A stretch of DNA of 57,987 nucleotides from Candidatus Methylomirabilia bacterium (lineage in GTDB: Bacteria > Methylomirabilota > Methylomirabilia > Rokubacteriales > CSP1-6). The stretch spans positions 1 to 57,987 of the forward strand of contig JBGQHJ010000010.1 in assembly GCA_041497895.1 (NCBI GenBank), read 5' to 3'. The position numbers were made by a program, and so were the translations under genes. The first letter of the stretch is position 1; every line of letters begins with the position of its first letter. Positions 39,154-50,100 of the stretch are shown here, piece after piece. Below the pieces are notes generated by a model. It searched no databases. It was not told the DNA's origin and saw only the letters and a list, made by a program, of their open reading frames with translations.

Positions 39154-39608
39154 GGGCGCCTCTCCACGTACGTGATGAGATCCCCGAGGGCCCGGAGCGA
39201 GGGACCGCGCCGCCCGGCGAGGCGCCGCTCGGCCGGCCGGGGCAGATCCGGCCCGCCGAGGGCCAGGAGACGGGGCCAGAAGACCACGTCGAAGTAGCGC
39301 CGCCGCCGGGAGCTCGCGACGAGGTCGTCGCGCAGCCGGAGAAAGCGAGGATCGAGCGTCGTCTCGAGCGGCGGCGGAGACGGGACGTCGAAGACCGAGA
39401 GCGGGTACGCGGCCACGACATCGCGCACCCGGCGGCGCGCGCGGGCGCAGCCGACCGCGACGGCCGCCGCGCACGCCAGGCGCGTCGCGGCGGGCCGCCA
39501 CTTGGGCGCGACCGTGAGGTAGGCGGGCAGCGCGGCCAGGACGAGCAGGGCGAGCACGATGGCGCGCGCGACGAGGCGGGGCCCCGACCGCTTAGCGGAC
39601 TCCGGCAT
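39150..39608 (-). CDS. Hypothetical membrane-anchored protein (MoxR operon)
   Basis: Two N-terminal hydrophobic segments; GTGA overlap with moxR. Confidence 0.6.
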   Translation of the reverse strand: MPESAKRSGPRLVARAIVLALLVLAALPAYLTVAPKWRPAATRLACAAAVAVGCARARRRVRDVVAAYPLSVFDVPSPPPLETTLDPRFLRLRDDLVASSRRRRYFDVVFWPRLLALGGPDLPRPAERRLAGRRGPSLRALGDLITYVERRP

Positions 39609-40494
39609 CGCCCTCCCTCCCCGCCATCGCTCGCCGGATCTCGTGCAAAGCGTCGACCGCGCGGTCCCGCTCCTGCGGCCCCAGGGCGTGGTGACTGAAC
39701 CGGGCCAGCTCGAAGAGGCCGGTGAGCGTCGGCACCGCCGCGCGCGGAAGGGACAGGCGGGCGAGGACGTCGTGCATGAACTCGGACGGGGTGAGCCAGG
39801 GCCGGCGCGCGTGCCCGGAATCGGCCGCCGCGCGCTCGAACCGCGCGTAGCAGCGGACGATGGCGCGCCGCGGGTCGCTCTCGGCGCGCAGATCCTCCAG
39901 GCTCTCGTCGACCGCCGCCTCGAGCGGCCCGGAGGGCGCCGTGCCCGCGGGCTCCTCCTCGTCGCGGGCCGGACGATCGGCGAGCGCGACCCACAGGGCG
40001 AGGCCGAGGGCGCCGAGGCCGGCGGCCAGCGCGAGACCTCCGAAGACCCAGTTGAGGATGGCGGGCGCGCTCCCGGGATCGACGCCGGGCAGGGGCAGCC
40101 CGCTCGCCAGCCCGCCCACCCCGGCGAAGAGTCCGCCGTCGAGCACCGCCCGGCGCCACAGGTAGGCGAGGACGGCCGCGTTGACCAGGGACAGGATCAT
40201 CGTCATCCGCCGGAGCCACGGCGGGACCCGGTTCGGCTCCTGGGCCGGCTCGTGGCCGCCCTGCGCCTTCTCCTTCGAGAGCGCGCGCCGGACCAGGTCG
40301 CCGACGAACACCAGCAGGGCGAGGCCGAACAGGGCCAGGATGGCCGCCGTCACCGGGCCGGGCAGCCGAATGACCCCGCTCACGTGGTGGCCGTCGGGGA
40401 CCGGCCCCGCCATCCGCAAAGCCGCGGCCAGGGCGATCAGGAAGCCCACCGCGAGGCCGGCCCAGGCGAGTAGTGGCGCCACGGGCGCCACCAT
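39592..40494 (-). CDS. DUF4129 domain membrane protein
   Basis: DPRRAIVRCYARFE...R..WLTPSEF...LTGLFELARFS.H. Confidence 0.8.
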   Translation of the reverse strand: MVAPVAPLLAWAGLAVGFLIALAAALRMAGPVPDGHHVSGVIRLPGPVTAAILALFGLALLVFVGDLVRRALSKEKAQGGHEPAQEPNRVPPWLRRMTMILSLVNAAVLAYLWRRAVLDGGLFAGVGGLASGLPLPGVDPGSAPAILNWVFGGLALAAGLGALGLALWVALADRPARDEEEPAGTAPSGPLEAAVDESLEDLRAESDPRRAIVRCYARFERAAADSGHARRPWLTPSEFMHDVLARLSLPRAAVPTLTGLFELARFSHHALGPQERDRAVDALHEIRRAMAGREGDAGVR

Positions 40495-40543
40495 GCCGGT
40501 TCCGGGCACCTTCCGCAAGGCGTTATGTTCTTTCGATGGCCGG

Positions 40544-40570
40544 TGTCGATCCCGAGGTGGATCCTTCGAC
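40544..40570 (+). promoter_or_regulatory. Probable third ECF42-type promoter TGTCGA-N17-CGAC
   Basis: TGTCGA tcccgaggtggatcctt CGAC upstream of SRPBCC gene. Confidence 0.5.
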
Positions 40571-40627
40571 CATGGAATGAGACGTCCGGGGCGTGAGCCC
40601 TTCACCCATACCAGGAGGACCGTCGTC

Positions 40628-41167
40628 ATGCTGGCCAAGATCCTCGGAGCCCTCGCGGTGGTCGTCGCCGGGCTCGCCGCGGTCATCGCGCTGCAGCCAT
40701 CCGATTTCCGCGTCTCGCGCACCACCACCATCGCGGCGCCCGCGGCGGTCGTCTTCGCGCAGGTGAACGACTTCCACAACTGGACCGCCTGGTCGCCGTG
40801 GGCCAAGCTCGATCCGGCCATGAAGCAGACGTACGAGGGGGCGGCCGCCGGGCCCGGCGCGGCCTACACGTGGGTCGGTAACCGCGAGGTGGGTGAGGGA
40901 CGCATGACGATCGTGGAGAGCCGGCCCGGCGACCTGGTCCGGGTCAAGCTCGACTTCGTGAAGCCCTTCGCGGGCACCAGCGTCGCCGAGTTCACCTTCC
41001 GGCCCGAGGGCGATCGCACCGCGGTGACGTGGACCATGACCGGCGAGAAGAACTTCGTGGCCAAGGGCATCAATCTCGTCATGAACATGGACCGGATGAT
41101 CGGCGACCAGTTCGACAAGGGGCTGGCCGCGATGAAGACGGTGGCGGAGACGGCGCCCCGGTCCTAG
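40628..41167 (+). CDS. SRPBCC family protein with N-terminal anchor
   Basis: FRVSR...IAAP...VF..VNDFH.W..WSPW..LDP, VGEGRM, MDRMIG..F..GL; AGGAGG RBS. Confidence 0.88.
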   Translation: MLAKILGALAVVVAGLAAVIALQPSDFRVSRTTTIAAPAAVVFAQVNDFHNWTAWSPWAKLDPAMKQTYEGAAAGPGAAYTWVGNREVGEGRMTIVESRPGDLVRVKLDFVKPFAGTSVAEFTFRPEGDRTAVTWTMTGEKNFVAKGINLVMNMDRMIGDQFDKGLAAMKTVAETAPRS

Positions 41168-41308
41168 AGTGGCCGCCGGGAGAGATCACCGAGGTCCCGA
41201 TCGGCCCGGACCGGCGGAGCTTCACCGGCACCCTGGATCCAGATCGGCGCGGACAGCTCCAGGAGATCGGCCGCCGCGCCTGAGCGCTCCGCGGCGGCCC
41301 GCGGCCGG

Positions 41309-42982
41309 TCAGTCGAGCGCGTCCGGCACCGTGCCCGCCGCCTCCGCCCTCGGCGAGGCGGGCTCCCCGGGTGGCGCGGCCGCCCGGGCTCGCTCGTTCT
41401 CCTCGGCGCGCACGCGCCGCAGGAGCGGCAGGAGCGGCAGCACCGCCATGAACACGAGCGCGAGGAGCCAGAACTCGTCGGCGTAGGTCAAGACCTGCGC
41501 CTGGTCGAGCATCTCCCGGTAGAGCATGGTCGTGGCCTGGCGCGCGGCGGTGAAGGAGTCGGCGCCATGCTGCGCGAAGTGGCTGGCCCACTCGCGCAGC
41601 CGGCCCGCGGTCTCCGGGCTCCACTGGGTCACGTGGTCGGCGAGCATCGCCTGGTGGTACTGGGCGCGCCGCGCCAGGAGCGTGGTGATGAACGCCACCC
41701 CGATGCTGCCGCCCACGTTGCGGACGACGTTGTAGGCGGCGGTGGCATTGGACAGGCGCTCGAGCCGGATGGTGGCGAGGGCCAGCGTCTGGAGCGGCAC
41801 GAAGATGAACCCCTGCGCGAACCCCTGCAGGAAGCGGGGCACCGCGAGGCTCCAGTAGTCCATGCCGAGGGTCAGGTCCGACATCATCACCAGGGCGACC
41901 GCGTTCAGCCCGCATCCGAACAGGAGCATGAGCCGCTGATCCATGCGGGAGACGAGGCGGCCCGAGAAGGTCAGCGCGATCATGGTGCCGAGGCCGCCGG
42001 GGGCCAGCACGAGCCCGGACGTCCAGGCGTCGTAGCCCAGCATCTTCTGGGTGTAGAGCGCCACGAGCAGCACGCTCGAGTTGAACCCGAATCCGACCAG
42101 GGCGATGATCAGCGCGCCGATCGAGAAGTTGCGGTCGCGGAAGACGGACAGGTCCAGGATCGGCTCGGACGCCAGCAGCTCGCGCGCCACGAAGCCCACG
42201 AGCATGACCACCGCGACGATCGCGAGGGTCACGATGTAGCCGGAGTCGAACCACTCTTCCTTCTCGCCCTGGTCGATCATGAGCTGCAGCGCCCCGAAGC
42301 CGAGCAGCATGAGCACCAGGCCCGCGGCGTCGATCCCGCGGGGCTTCCGGAGGTGCGGCGAGTCGAAGAGGAAGACGCTGGCCATGAAGAAACCGAGCAC
42401 CCCGATCGGCAGGTTGACGTAGAAGATCCAGCGCCACGACCAGTTGTCGACGATCCACCCCCCGAGCGTGGGTCCCAGGATCGGGGCCATCATGATGCCG
42501 ACGCCCCACACCGCCATCGCGGTGCCGCGCTCGCGGAGGGGAAAGATCTCCCACATCGTCGCCTGGGCCATCGGGATCACCGGCCCGCCGCCGAGACCCT
42601 GGAGCACCCGCATGGCCACCAGGAACTCGAGGTTCGGCGCGATGCCGGACAGGAACGAGCTCACCGTGAAGATCGTGGTGCAGATGAGGAAGAATCGCCG
42701 CCGCCCGAGGACGGCGGTGAGCCAGCCGGTGGCGGGAATCGCGATGGCGTTGGCGGCCAGGTAGGAGGTGATGACCCAGGACATCTCCTCCACCCCGGCG
42801 GAGAGCGACCCCTGCATGTGGGGCAGCGCGACGTTGGTGATGCTGGTGTCGAGGACCTGCATCACCGTGACCATCATCACCGAGACGGTGATGGCCCACT
42901 TCCGGAAAGGGGAGAGCGGCTCGGTGGTCGCGGCGGGGACCGGGGGGCTCCCGGCGGGCGACGGCTCTCGATCAGGGGGCAC
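41309..42982 (-). CDS. emrB: DHA2 (EmrB/QacA) MFS efflux permease
   Basis: MQVLDTSITNVALP, WVITSYL, RVLQG.GGG, APILGPTLGGWI..NWSWRWIFYVNLP. Confidence 0.88.
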   Translation of the reverse strand: MPPDREPSPAGSPPVPAATTEPLSPFRKWAITVSVMMVTVMQVLDTSITNVALPHMQGSLSAGVEEMSWVITSYLAANAIAIPATGWLTAVLGRRRFFLICTTIFTVSSFLSGIAPNLEFLVAMRVLQGLGGGPVIPMAQATMWEIFPLRERGTAMAVWGVGIMMAPILGPTLGGWIVDNWSWRWIFYVNLPIGVLGFFMASVFLFDSPHLRKPRGIDAAGLVLMLLGFGALQLMIDQGEKEEWFDSGYIVTLAIVAVVMLVGFVARELLASEPILDLSVFRDRNFSIGALIIALVGFGFNSSVLLVALYTQKMLGYDAWTSGLVLAPGGLGTMIALTFSGRLVSRMDQRLMLLFGCGLNAVALVMMSDLTLGMDYWSLAVPRFLQGFAQGFIFVPLQTLALATIRLERLSNATAAYNVVRNVGGSIGVAFITTLLARRAQYHQAMLADHVTQWSPETAGRLREWASHFAQHGADSFTAARQATTMLYREMLDQAQVLTYADEFWLLALVFMAVLPLLPLLRRVRAEENERARAAAPPGEPASPRAEAAGTVPDALD

Positions 42983-43028
42983 GGGCGCCCAGCTTAGCCG
43001 GACTCCCCGTGAATGGCAACGCCCCGGG

Positions 43029-43319
43029 CTAGGGGCCCGGGTTCAGCCGCGGGTCGCTCACCAGCGTCCAGTCATCCACGCCGTCGACGATCGGCATCGA
43101 GGCGGTCGTGGTCGTCTCGGTCCGGCTCTTGCTCGGCGAGAACCACACGAACTCCTTCGAGCCCTGGCCGCTCGCGCCGGCCGCCTCGATCTCGGGGCCG
43201 CTGGCCCCGCTCTCGCGACGCTCGGCCTTCCGCGCCCGCTTGGCATCCTGCTTGGCCTTGCGCTGGTCTTCCTTGCGGCGGCGGTCGCCGCGGTACATCC
43301 CCGGCCTCTTCTGAGCCAT
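43029..43319 (-). CDS. Hypothetical protein (96 aa, basic N-terminus)
   Basis: AAAGGAG RBS, GC3-rich codons, EFVWFSPS motif. Confidence 0.65.
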   Translation of the reverse strand: MAQKRPGMYRGDRRRKEDQRKAKQDAKRARKAERRESGASGPEIEAAGASGQGSKEFVWFSPSKSRTETTTTASMPIVDGVDDWTLVSDPRLNPGP

Positions 43320-43430
43320 TCCGCTCCTTTCTCGCTCTCCCTACTCTACATGACGCGCGGAGTATTGCACAGGCCGCGGCCACGGGACGTGGTCAACTTG
43401 CGGAGCGGCGAGCCGAGCGCGCCGTCGCCC

Positions 43431-43476
43431 ATTGGACATTGGTCCAATAGACCGGGCGCCGGCCGGCTGCTAACGT
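43431..43476 (+). promoter_or_regulatory. Palindrome ATTGGAC-N4-GTCCAAT plus extended -10 TGcTAACGT
   Basis: Palindrome 43431-43448; TAACGT at 43471-43476; same layout recurs twice at 57551-57655. Confidence 0.65.
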
Positions 43477-43521
43477 CGTGGGGTATCGCCAGACGAGATC
43501 GCGCGAGGTCGAGCGCAACCC

Positions 43522-43716
43522 ATGGAGGCCCTCATGCTACCGCCGCTACCGAAAGAGAGCCCGCGCCGAGTGTGTGACGGATGCGGCAAGGCCAATTTCC
43601 TGCCCTACTCCATCCGGACCGGTACCCCGGCGAGCGCGACGGAGCGGGTCTATTGCTCCCTCGCCTGTGCCCAGCTTCACTTTCCGGCCTTCACCGGTCA
43701 CGCGTCCGGACGATGA
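43522..43716 (+). CDS. Small Cys-rich protein (CxxC...YCSxxC, TRASH/YHS/zinc-finger-like)
   Basis: VCDGCGK...VYCSLAC; GGAGG precedes internal ATG at 43534. Confidence 0.6.
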   Translation: MEALMLPPLPKESPRRVCDGCGKANFLPYSIRTGTPASATERVYCSLACAQLHFPAFTGHASGR

Positions 43717-44027
43717 GGCGGGCCGGCGTCGCCCGGTAGCTCGAGGGAGCCCAGATCCCGGATCCGGGCTCCGATGTTCGCGGCCAGCACCGTCTCGACC
43801 GCCCCGACCGCCGGAGGCCCGTCCCACTCCAGAGAGGCCGTGCGCCGATGGCCCTCGACGTTGATCCGCAGGAACAGGCGGCCCCCGAGCCGCGACAGCC
43901 CCTCGAGCACGCCTTCCTCGGGCGGCGCGGATGCGTCGTCCGGCCCCCGCGACTCGACCCACCGCGCCGGCCAGATCGCCGACTCTCCCGTTCGCTGCGT
44001 GAGCTCGCCCAGTTTCATGATCGCCAT
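43698..44027 (-). CDS. Hypothetical protein
   Basis: GAGGAG RBS, globular-looking 109-aa ORF. Confidence 0.55.
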   Translation of the reverse strand: MAIMKLGELTQRTGESAIWPARWVESRGPDDASAPPEEGVLEGLSRLGGRLFLRINVEGHRRTASLEWDGPPAVGAVETVLAANIGARIRDLGSLELPGDAGPPHRPDA

Positions 44028-44152
44028 TCTCCTCGCGTCGCGGCGCCACCCGCCCCCTACTTATTGTTCTTATTTAACTTATATCATGATAGCATCGACA
44101 GCGCGCACGATACTACCCAGCCCGGTCCCGCCGGACGCCCACCGGTCACGGA

Positions 44153-47100
44153 GTGATGACCCCCTTGTTGCTACGCGATGTCCAGATCCACGCATCCTCG
44201 CCTCCATTCGCGCCGGGGGCCCAGGACCCCATCCGGGCCGACCTGTGGAGCCCGGAGCGGCTCGAGGAGCACGCGGAGAGCATCGCTCGCCGACGCGTCC
44301 TCGCCGGGGGCAAGGCCGGCCTCCGGCTCTCGCCTCGCGTGCGGGACAGCGGACGCGTCCTCCTCCAGTGCTATCGGGACATCGCGGCGGTGATCCGCGA
44401 CGAGGGCGCCACGACGCCCGCCGCGGAGTGGTTCGTCGACAACTTCCACATCGTCGACGCGGTGGTGCGTCAGGTCCGCGAGGATCTCCCGCTCGGATTC
44501 TACCGTCAGCTGCCCAAGCTCGCGGACGACCCGCTCGCGGGGTACCCGCGCGTGCTCGGCCTCGCGTGGGCCTTCGTCGCGCACACCGACAGCCGCGTCG
44601 AGCCCGAGACCCTCCAGCGCTTCGTCCGCGCGTTCCAGCGGGTACAGCCGCTGACCATCGGCGAGCTCTGGGCCGTCCCGATCGCCCTCCGGATCGTGCT
44701 CGCCGAGAACCTCCGCCGGCTCGCCGAGCGCATCGTGTCCGGGCGCGCGGCCCGCCAGGCCGCCGACGCCCTGGCCAACGATCTTCTCGGGCTGGGCGGC
44801 CGACCCGCGCGCCCCCTCGCGTTCCAGGGGCTCCCCGCCGCGTCCCTGTCGACCGCCTTCACGGTCGAGCTCGTGCAGCGCCTGCGGGAGCAGGACCCGC
44901 AATCGACGCCCGCGCTGCGGTGGCTCGACGAGCAGATCGCCAAGCGGGGAGGCTCGCCGGACGAGCTCGTGCAGGCCGATCACCAGAACCAGGCCGCGTT
45001 GAACGTGACGGTCCGCAACGTGATCACCAGCCTGCGCGTGATGTCGACCCTCGACTGGGCGGACTTCTTCGAGAGCGTCAGCCTCGTCGACGACACGCTA
45101 CGAGCCGACACCCGCTTCGGCGACATGGACTTCGCGACCCGCGATCAGTACCGTCACGCGATCGAGGATCTGGCCCGCGGCTCCCGCCGCTCCGAGCTGG
45201 AGGTCACCCGGATGGCGATGGCCGCGGCACGGCGGGCCGCCCCCGGAGGGCCCTCCGAGGATCCCGGCTACCATCTCATCGAGGAGGGCCGACCACTTTT
45301 CGAAAAGGAGATCGGCTACCGCGTCCCGGCGAGGCGATGGCTCGCGCGGGCCTTCCTGACCCGCGCGACCCCGCGCTACCTCGCGACCATCGGGGTCGTG
45401 ACCGGCGCGCTTCTCGCGCTGCCGCTCCTCGCCGGGCACGCCTCCGGCATGAACTGGGCCGGGCTGGCCCTCCTGGGGCTCCTCGCGGTGATCCCCGCTT
45501 CCGATCTGGCGATCGCCCTCGTCAACCGGGCGGTGATGGCCCTGATCGGGCCGCGGTCGCTGCCCCGTCTCGAGCTGCGCGACGGCGTGCCTCCGGGCCT
45601 GCGAACCCTCGTGGTCGTGCCGACGCTGCTCACGAGCGAGGCCGAGATCGAGGAGCACGTCAATCGTCTCGAGATCCACTTCCTCGCCAACCCGGACGGC
45701 CACCTCCACTTCGCCCTGCTGTCGGACTGGATCGACGCGCCGGTCGAGACGATGCCGGGGGACGATCGACTCCTCGCCGCCGCCGACGACGGCATCGCGC
45801 GCCTCAACGCCCGCAACGGGCCCGCGCCGACCGCCGGAGCGCGCTTTCTGCTCCTGCATCGTCGGCGGCTCTGGAATCCCCGCGAGGGCACGTGGATGGG
45901 ATGGGAGCGCAAGCGCGGGAAGCTCGATGAACTGAACCGCCTGCTCGCGGGCGCGAGCGGCACGAACTTCATCGGGGCCCGGGGGCGCCCGCCCGAGGTA
46001 CCCGCGGGCGTCCGCTATGTGATCACCCTCGACGCCGACACCCGGCTACCGCGCGGCGCCGCGACCCGCCTCGTCGGCACCATGGCCCATCCCCTGAACC
46101 GGCCCGTCCTCGACCCTCGATCCGGCCGCGTGGTCGACGGCTACGCCGTCCTCCAGCCCCGGGTCACGCCCACCATACCCACCGAGCGCGGCCGATCGCT
46201 CTTCCAGCGGGTCTTCGCCGGCCCCGCCGGGATCGACCCGTACGCCTCCGCGACCTCCGACGTCTACCAGGATCTCCTCGGCGAAGGCTCGTACACCGGC
46301 AAGGGCATCTACGACGTGGCGGCCTTCGCCACCGCGCTCGAGGGGCGCGTGCCCGAGAATACCCTGCTGAGCCACGATCTCTTCGAAGGGATCTTCGCCC
46401 GGGCCGGCCTCGTGACCGACATCGAGCTCTTCGAGGAATTCCCGAGCGACTACGAGGTCGCCGCCGGCCGCCAGTACCGCTGGGCGCGCGGCGACTGGCA
46501 GCTCCTCCCGTGGCTCCTCAAGCGCAACGTCACCGGTGGCCGGCGGGGCGGCTGGCTTCCCCTCATCGGCGCGTGGAAGATCGTCGATAACCTCCGCCGG
46601 ACCCTGTCCGCCCCGGCGGCATGGCTCACCCTCGTCGCGGCCTGGACGCTCCCCGGCAGCCACGCGTTGGGGCTGACGACGTTCGTCCTGGCCACGCTCG
46701 CGCTCCCCGCTCTGCTGCCCGCGCTGGCCGACGTCATCCCCCGGCGGCGGGGCATCTCCAAGCGGACCTACGTCCGCAGCGCGGGGCGGAGCTTCGCCCT
46801 GTCCGGATCGCAGATCGCCCTCGGCATCACCTTCCTCGCCCACCAGGCCTGGCTGATGAGCGACGCGATCGCGCGGACGCTGATCCGTCTGTACGTGACC
46901 CACCGACGCCTTCTCGAGTGGACGACCGCGGCCCAGGCCAAGGCGGACATGTCCCGCGACGTCCCCGGCGCCTACCGACGCATGCGCGGCGCCCTGATCC
47001 TCGCCGCGGCGAGCGGAGCCGTCGTGGCCCTCGTGCGCCCGGAAAGCGCCGCGATCGCGGCGCCGCTCGCGGTCGCGTGGGCGCTCTCCCCGCTGGCCGC

Positions 47101-50100
47101 GCGCTGGGTGAGCCGCCCCCCGCGCCCGTCGCCGGCGCGAATCCTCCCCGCCGCGGACCGCCAGATCCTCCGCTCGACCGCGCGCCGCACCTGGCGCTTC
47201 TTCGAGGCCTTCGTCGGGCCGGACGACGCCTTCCTCCCGCCGGACAACTTCCAGGAGGATCCGCGACCGACCGTCGCCCATCGCACGTCGCCCACGAACA
47301 TCGGGCTCTACCTGCTCTCGGTCGTGGCCGCGCGCGACTTCGGCTGGCTCGGCGTCCTCGACACCCTCGACCGCCTCGAGGCGACGCTCGCCACCATGCG
47401 CCGCCTCGAGCGATTCCGCGGCCACTTCTACAACTGGTACGACACCGGCGGGCTTCGTCCGCTGGAGCCCCGGTACGTGTCCACCGTCGATAGTGGCAAC
47501 CTCGCCGCGCACCTGCTCACCCTCGGCAACGCCTGTCGCGCCGCCGTCCACGCTCCCCTGCTCGATCCCGCCCGGCTCGACGGGCTGCGGGACGCGGTGC
47601 TCCTCGCCGCCGAAGCCGCGAGCGGGCTCGCCGACGACCGGCGCACCCAGACCGTCACCCTCCGCGATCTCACCGAGACCTGCGCGGCCCTGACCGCCGC
47701 GCTCCACGAGCCTCCGACGACACCCGGAGCGTGGGCGGCCCGCCTTCGCGACCTGGCCGTCCACGCCGACACCCTCGTGGACATGTCGCGCGCGCTGACC
47801 GCGGAGCGCGGGGAGCCCGACAGCTCCGACGTCCAGGTCTGGGCCCAGGCCACGCGCGCCACCATCGCCGGCCACGAACGAGACCTCCAGACCATCCTGC
47901 CCTGGGCGTGGCTCCTCGAGGCCGACCTCGCGAGCGGTCATCCCGATCTCCTGACCGCGCTCCAGTCCCTTCGGTCCTCGTCGCCCACCCCCGCCGACCT
48001 GCCCGACCGCTGCCGGGCGGTGATCGCCCGGCTGACCGCCCTTCGCGAGACCGCTCTCGGCGAGGGCCCCGCGGCCGAGGCGACGATCAGGGACCTCGAC
48101 CGGGCCATCGACGGCCTCGAGCGCTCCTCGGCGTCCGCCGCCACCCTCGTCCGTCGCCTCCTGGCCGTCGGCGGCGCCGCGGGGGAGCTCGCCGACGACA
48201 TGCAGTTCGGCTTCCTCTTCGACCCCAGCCGCAAGATCTTCTCCATCGGCTACCGCGTCACCGACGGGAGCCTCGACGCGGGCGCGTACGATCTGCTCGC
48301 CTCCGAGGCGCGGCTCGCCAGCTTCGTCGCCATCGCCAAGGGCGACGTCCCGGTGTCGCACTGGTTCCACCTCGGCCGCCCGATGACCCCGGTGGGAATC
48401 GGGTCGGCGCTGCTGTCCTGGTCCGGATCGATGTTCGAATACCTGATGCCCGCGCTGGTCATGCAGTCCCCCGCGGGCAGCCTGCTCGACGAGACCTATC
48501 ATCTCGTGGTCCGCCGTCAGATGAGCTACGGCGCGGAGCACGGCGTCCCCTGGGGCATCTCCGAGTCGGCCTACAACGTGCGCGATCTGGACCTCACCTA
48601 CCAGTACTCGAACTTCGGCGTCCCCGGTCTCGGCCTCGAGCGCGGTCTCGGGGAAGACCTGGTCGTCGCGCCCTACGCGACCGCCCTCGCCGCGATGGTC
48701 GATCCGGTGGCCGCCACCCGGAACGTCTCGGCTCTCATCGCGGTGGGCGCCCGCGGGCCGTACGGTCTCTACGAGGCCCTCGACTACACTCGTTCGCGGC
48801 TCCCCGAAGGCAGCCAGATGGCCACCGTCCGGGCCTACATGGCGCACCACCAGGGCATGACCCTCATCGCCCTCTCGAACGCGCTCCACGACGGCGCGAT
48901 GCGCGCGCGGTTCCACGCCGAGCCGATCGTGCAGGCGACCGATCTGCTCCTCCAGGAGCGGGCTCCGCGGGACGTGGCCGTCGCGCGCCCCCGGGTCGAG
49001 GAGGTGCACGCGCCGGCCCACCTCCGGGACTTCGTCGAGCCCGTGTTCCGGCAGTTCACGACTCCCCACGGTCCCACGCCCCGGACGCACCTGCTCTCGA
49101 ACGGGCGCTACGCGGTGATGCTGACCGCCGCGGGCTCGGGCTACAGCCGGTGCGCCGGCCTCGGGGTCACGCGGTGGCGTGAAGACGTCACGCGGGACAA
49201 CTGGGGAACCTACATCTTCTTGCGGGACGTCCAGAGCGGCGCGGTGTGGTCGGCCGGGTACCAGCCCACCGGGGTCGAGCCCGACACCTACCGGGTGACC
49301 TTCTCCGAGGACCGGGCCGAGTTCCATCGCCGCGACGGCGCGATCACCACCGCGCTCGAGGTACTGGTCTCTCCCGAGGACGATGCCGAGATCCGCCGCG
49401 TCTCGATCACGAACCTCGGGCCGCATGTGCGCGAGCTCGAGCTGACGTCCTACGCCGAGCTGGTGCTGGCCCCCCCGGCCGCGGATGCCGCGCACCCGGT
49501 GTTCTCCAATCTGTTCGTCCAGACCGAAGCGCTCCCCGATCTCGGCGGCCTGCTCGCCACCCGCCGGGTCCGCTCGGCCGGGGAGAGTAGCGTCTGGGCC
49601 GCCCACACCGTCGTCGTCGAGGGCCAGACCGGCGGCGGCGCGCAGTACGAGACCGACCGGGGGCGCTTCCTCGGCCGGGGGCGGACCATCCGCACGCCCA
49701 TGTCGGTGGTCGACGGGCGGCCCCTGTCGAACACCGCGGGCTCGGTCCTCGATCCCATCTTCAGCCTGAGGCGTCGGATCCGGCTCGAGCCCGGCGGGAG
49801 CGCGCGCCTCATCTTCTCCACGCTGGTCGCCCCGTCACGCGACGCCGCGGTGGCGCTCGCCGACAAGTATCGCGACCCGGCGACCTTCGAGCGCACCGTC
49901 ACGCTGGCCTGGACGCAGGCGCAGGTCCAGTGCCACCATCTCGGGATCGAGCCGGAGGAGGCGCATCTCTTTCAGAATCTGGCCAGCCGGGTGCTCTACT
50001 CCGATTCCGCCCTGCGCCCCTCCCCGGACGCGATGAGCCGGACGACGTCGGGACCATCGGCCCTGTGGGCCCAGCAGATCTCCGGCGAGATTCCGATCGT

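Noticed and set aside
41168..41308. Short protein-like stretch between SRPBCC and emrB
   Set aside because: No start/RBS or recognisable family; cannot support a call.
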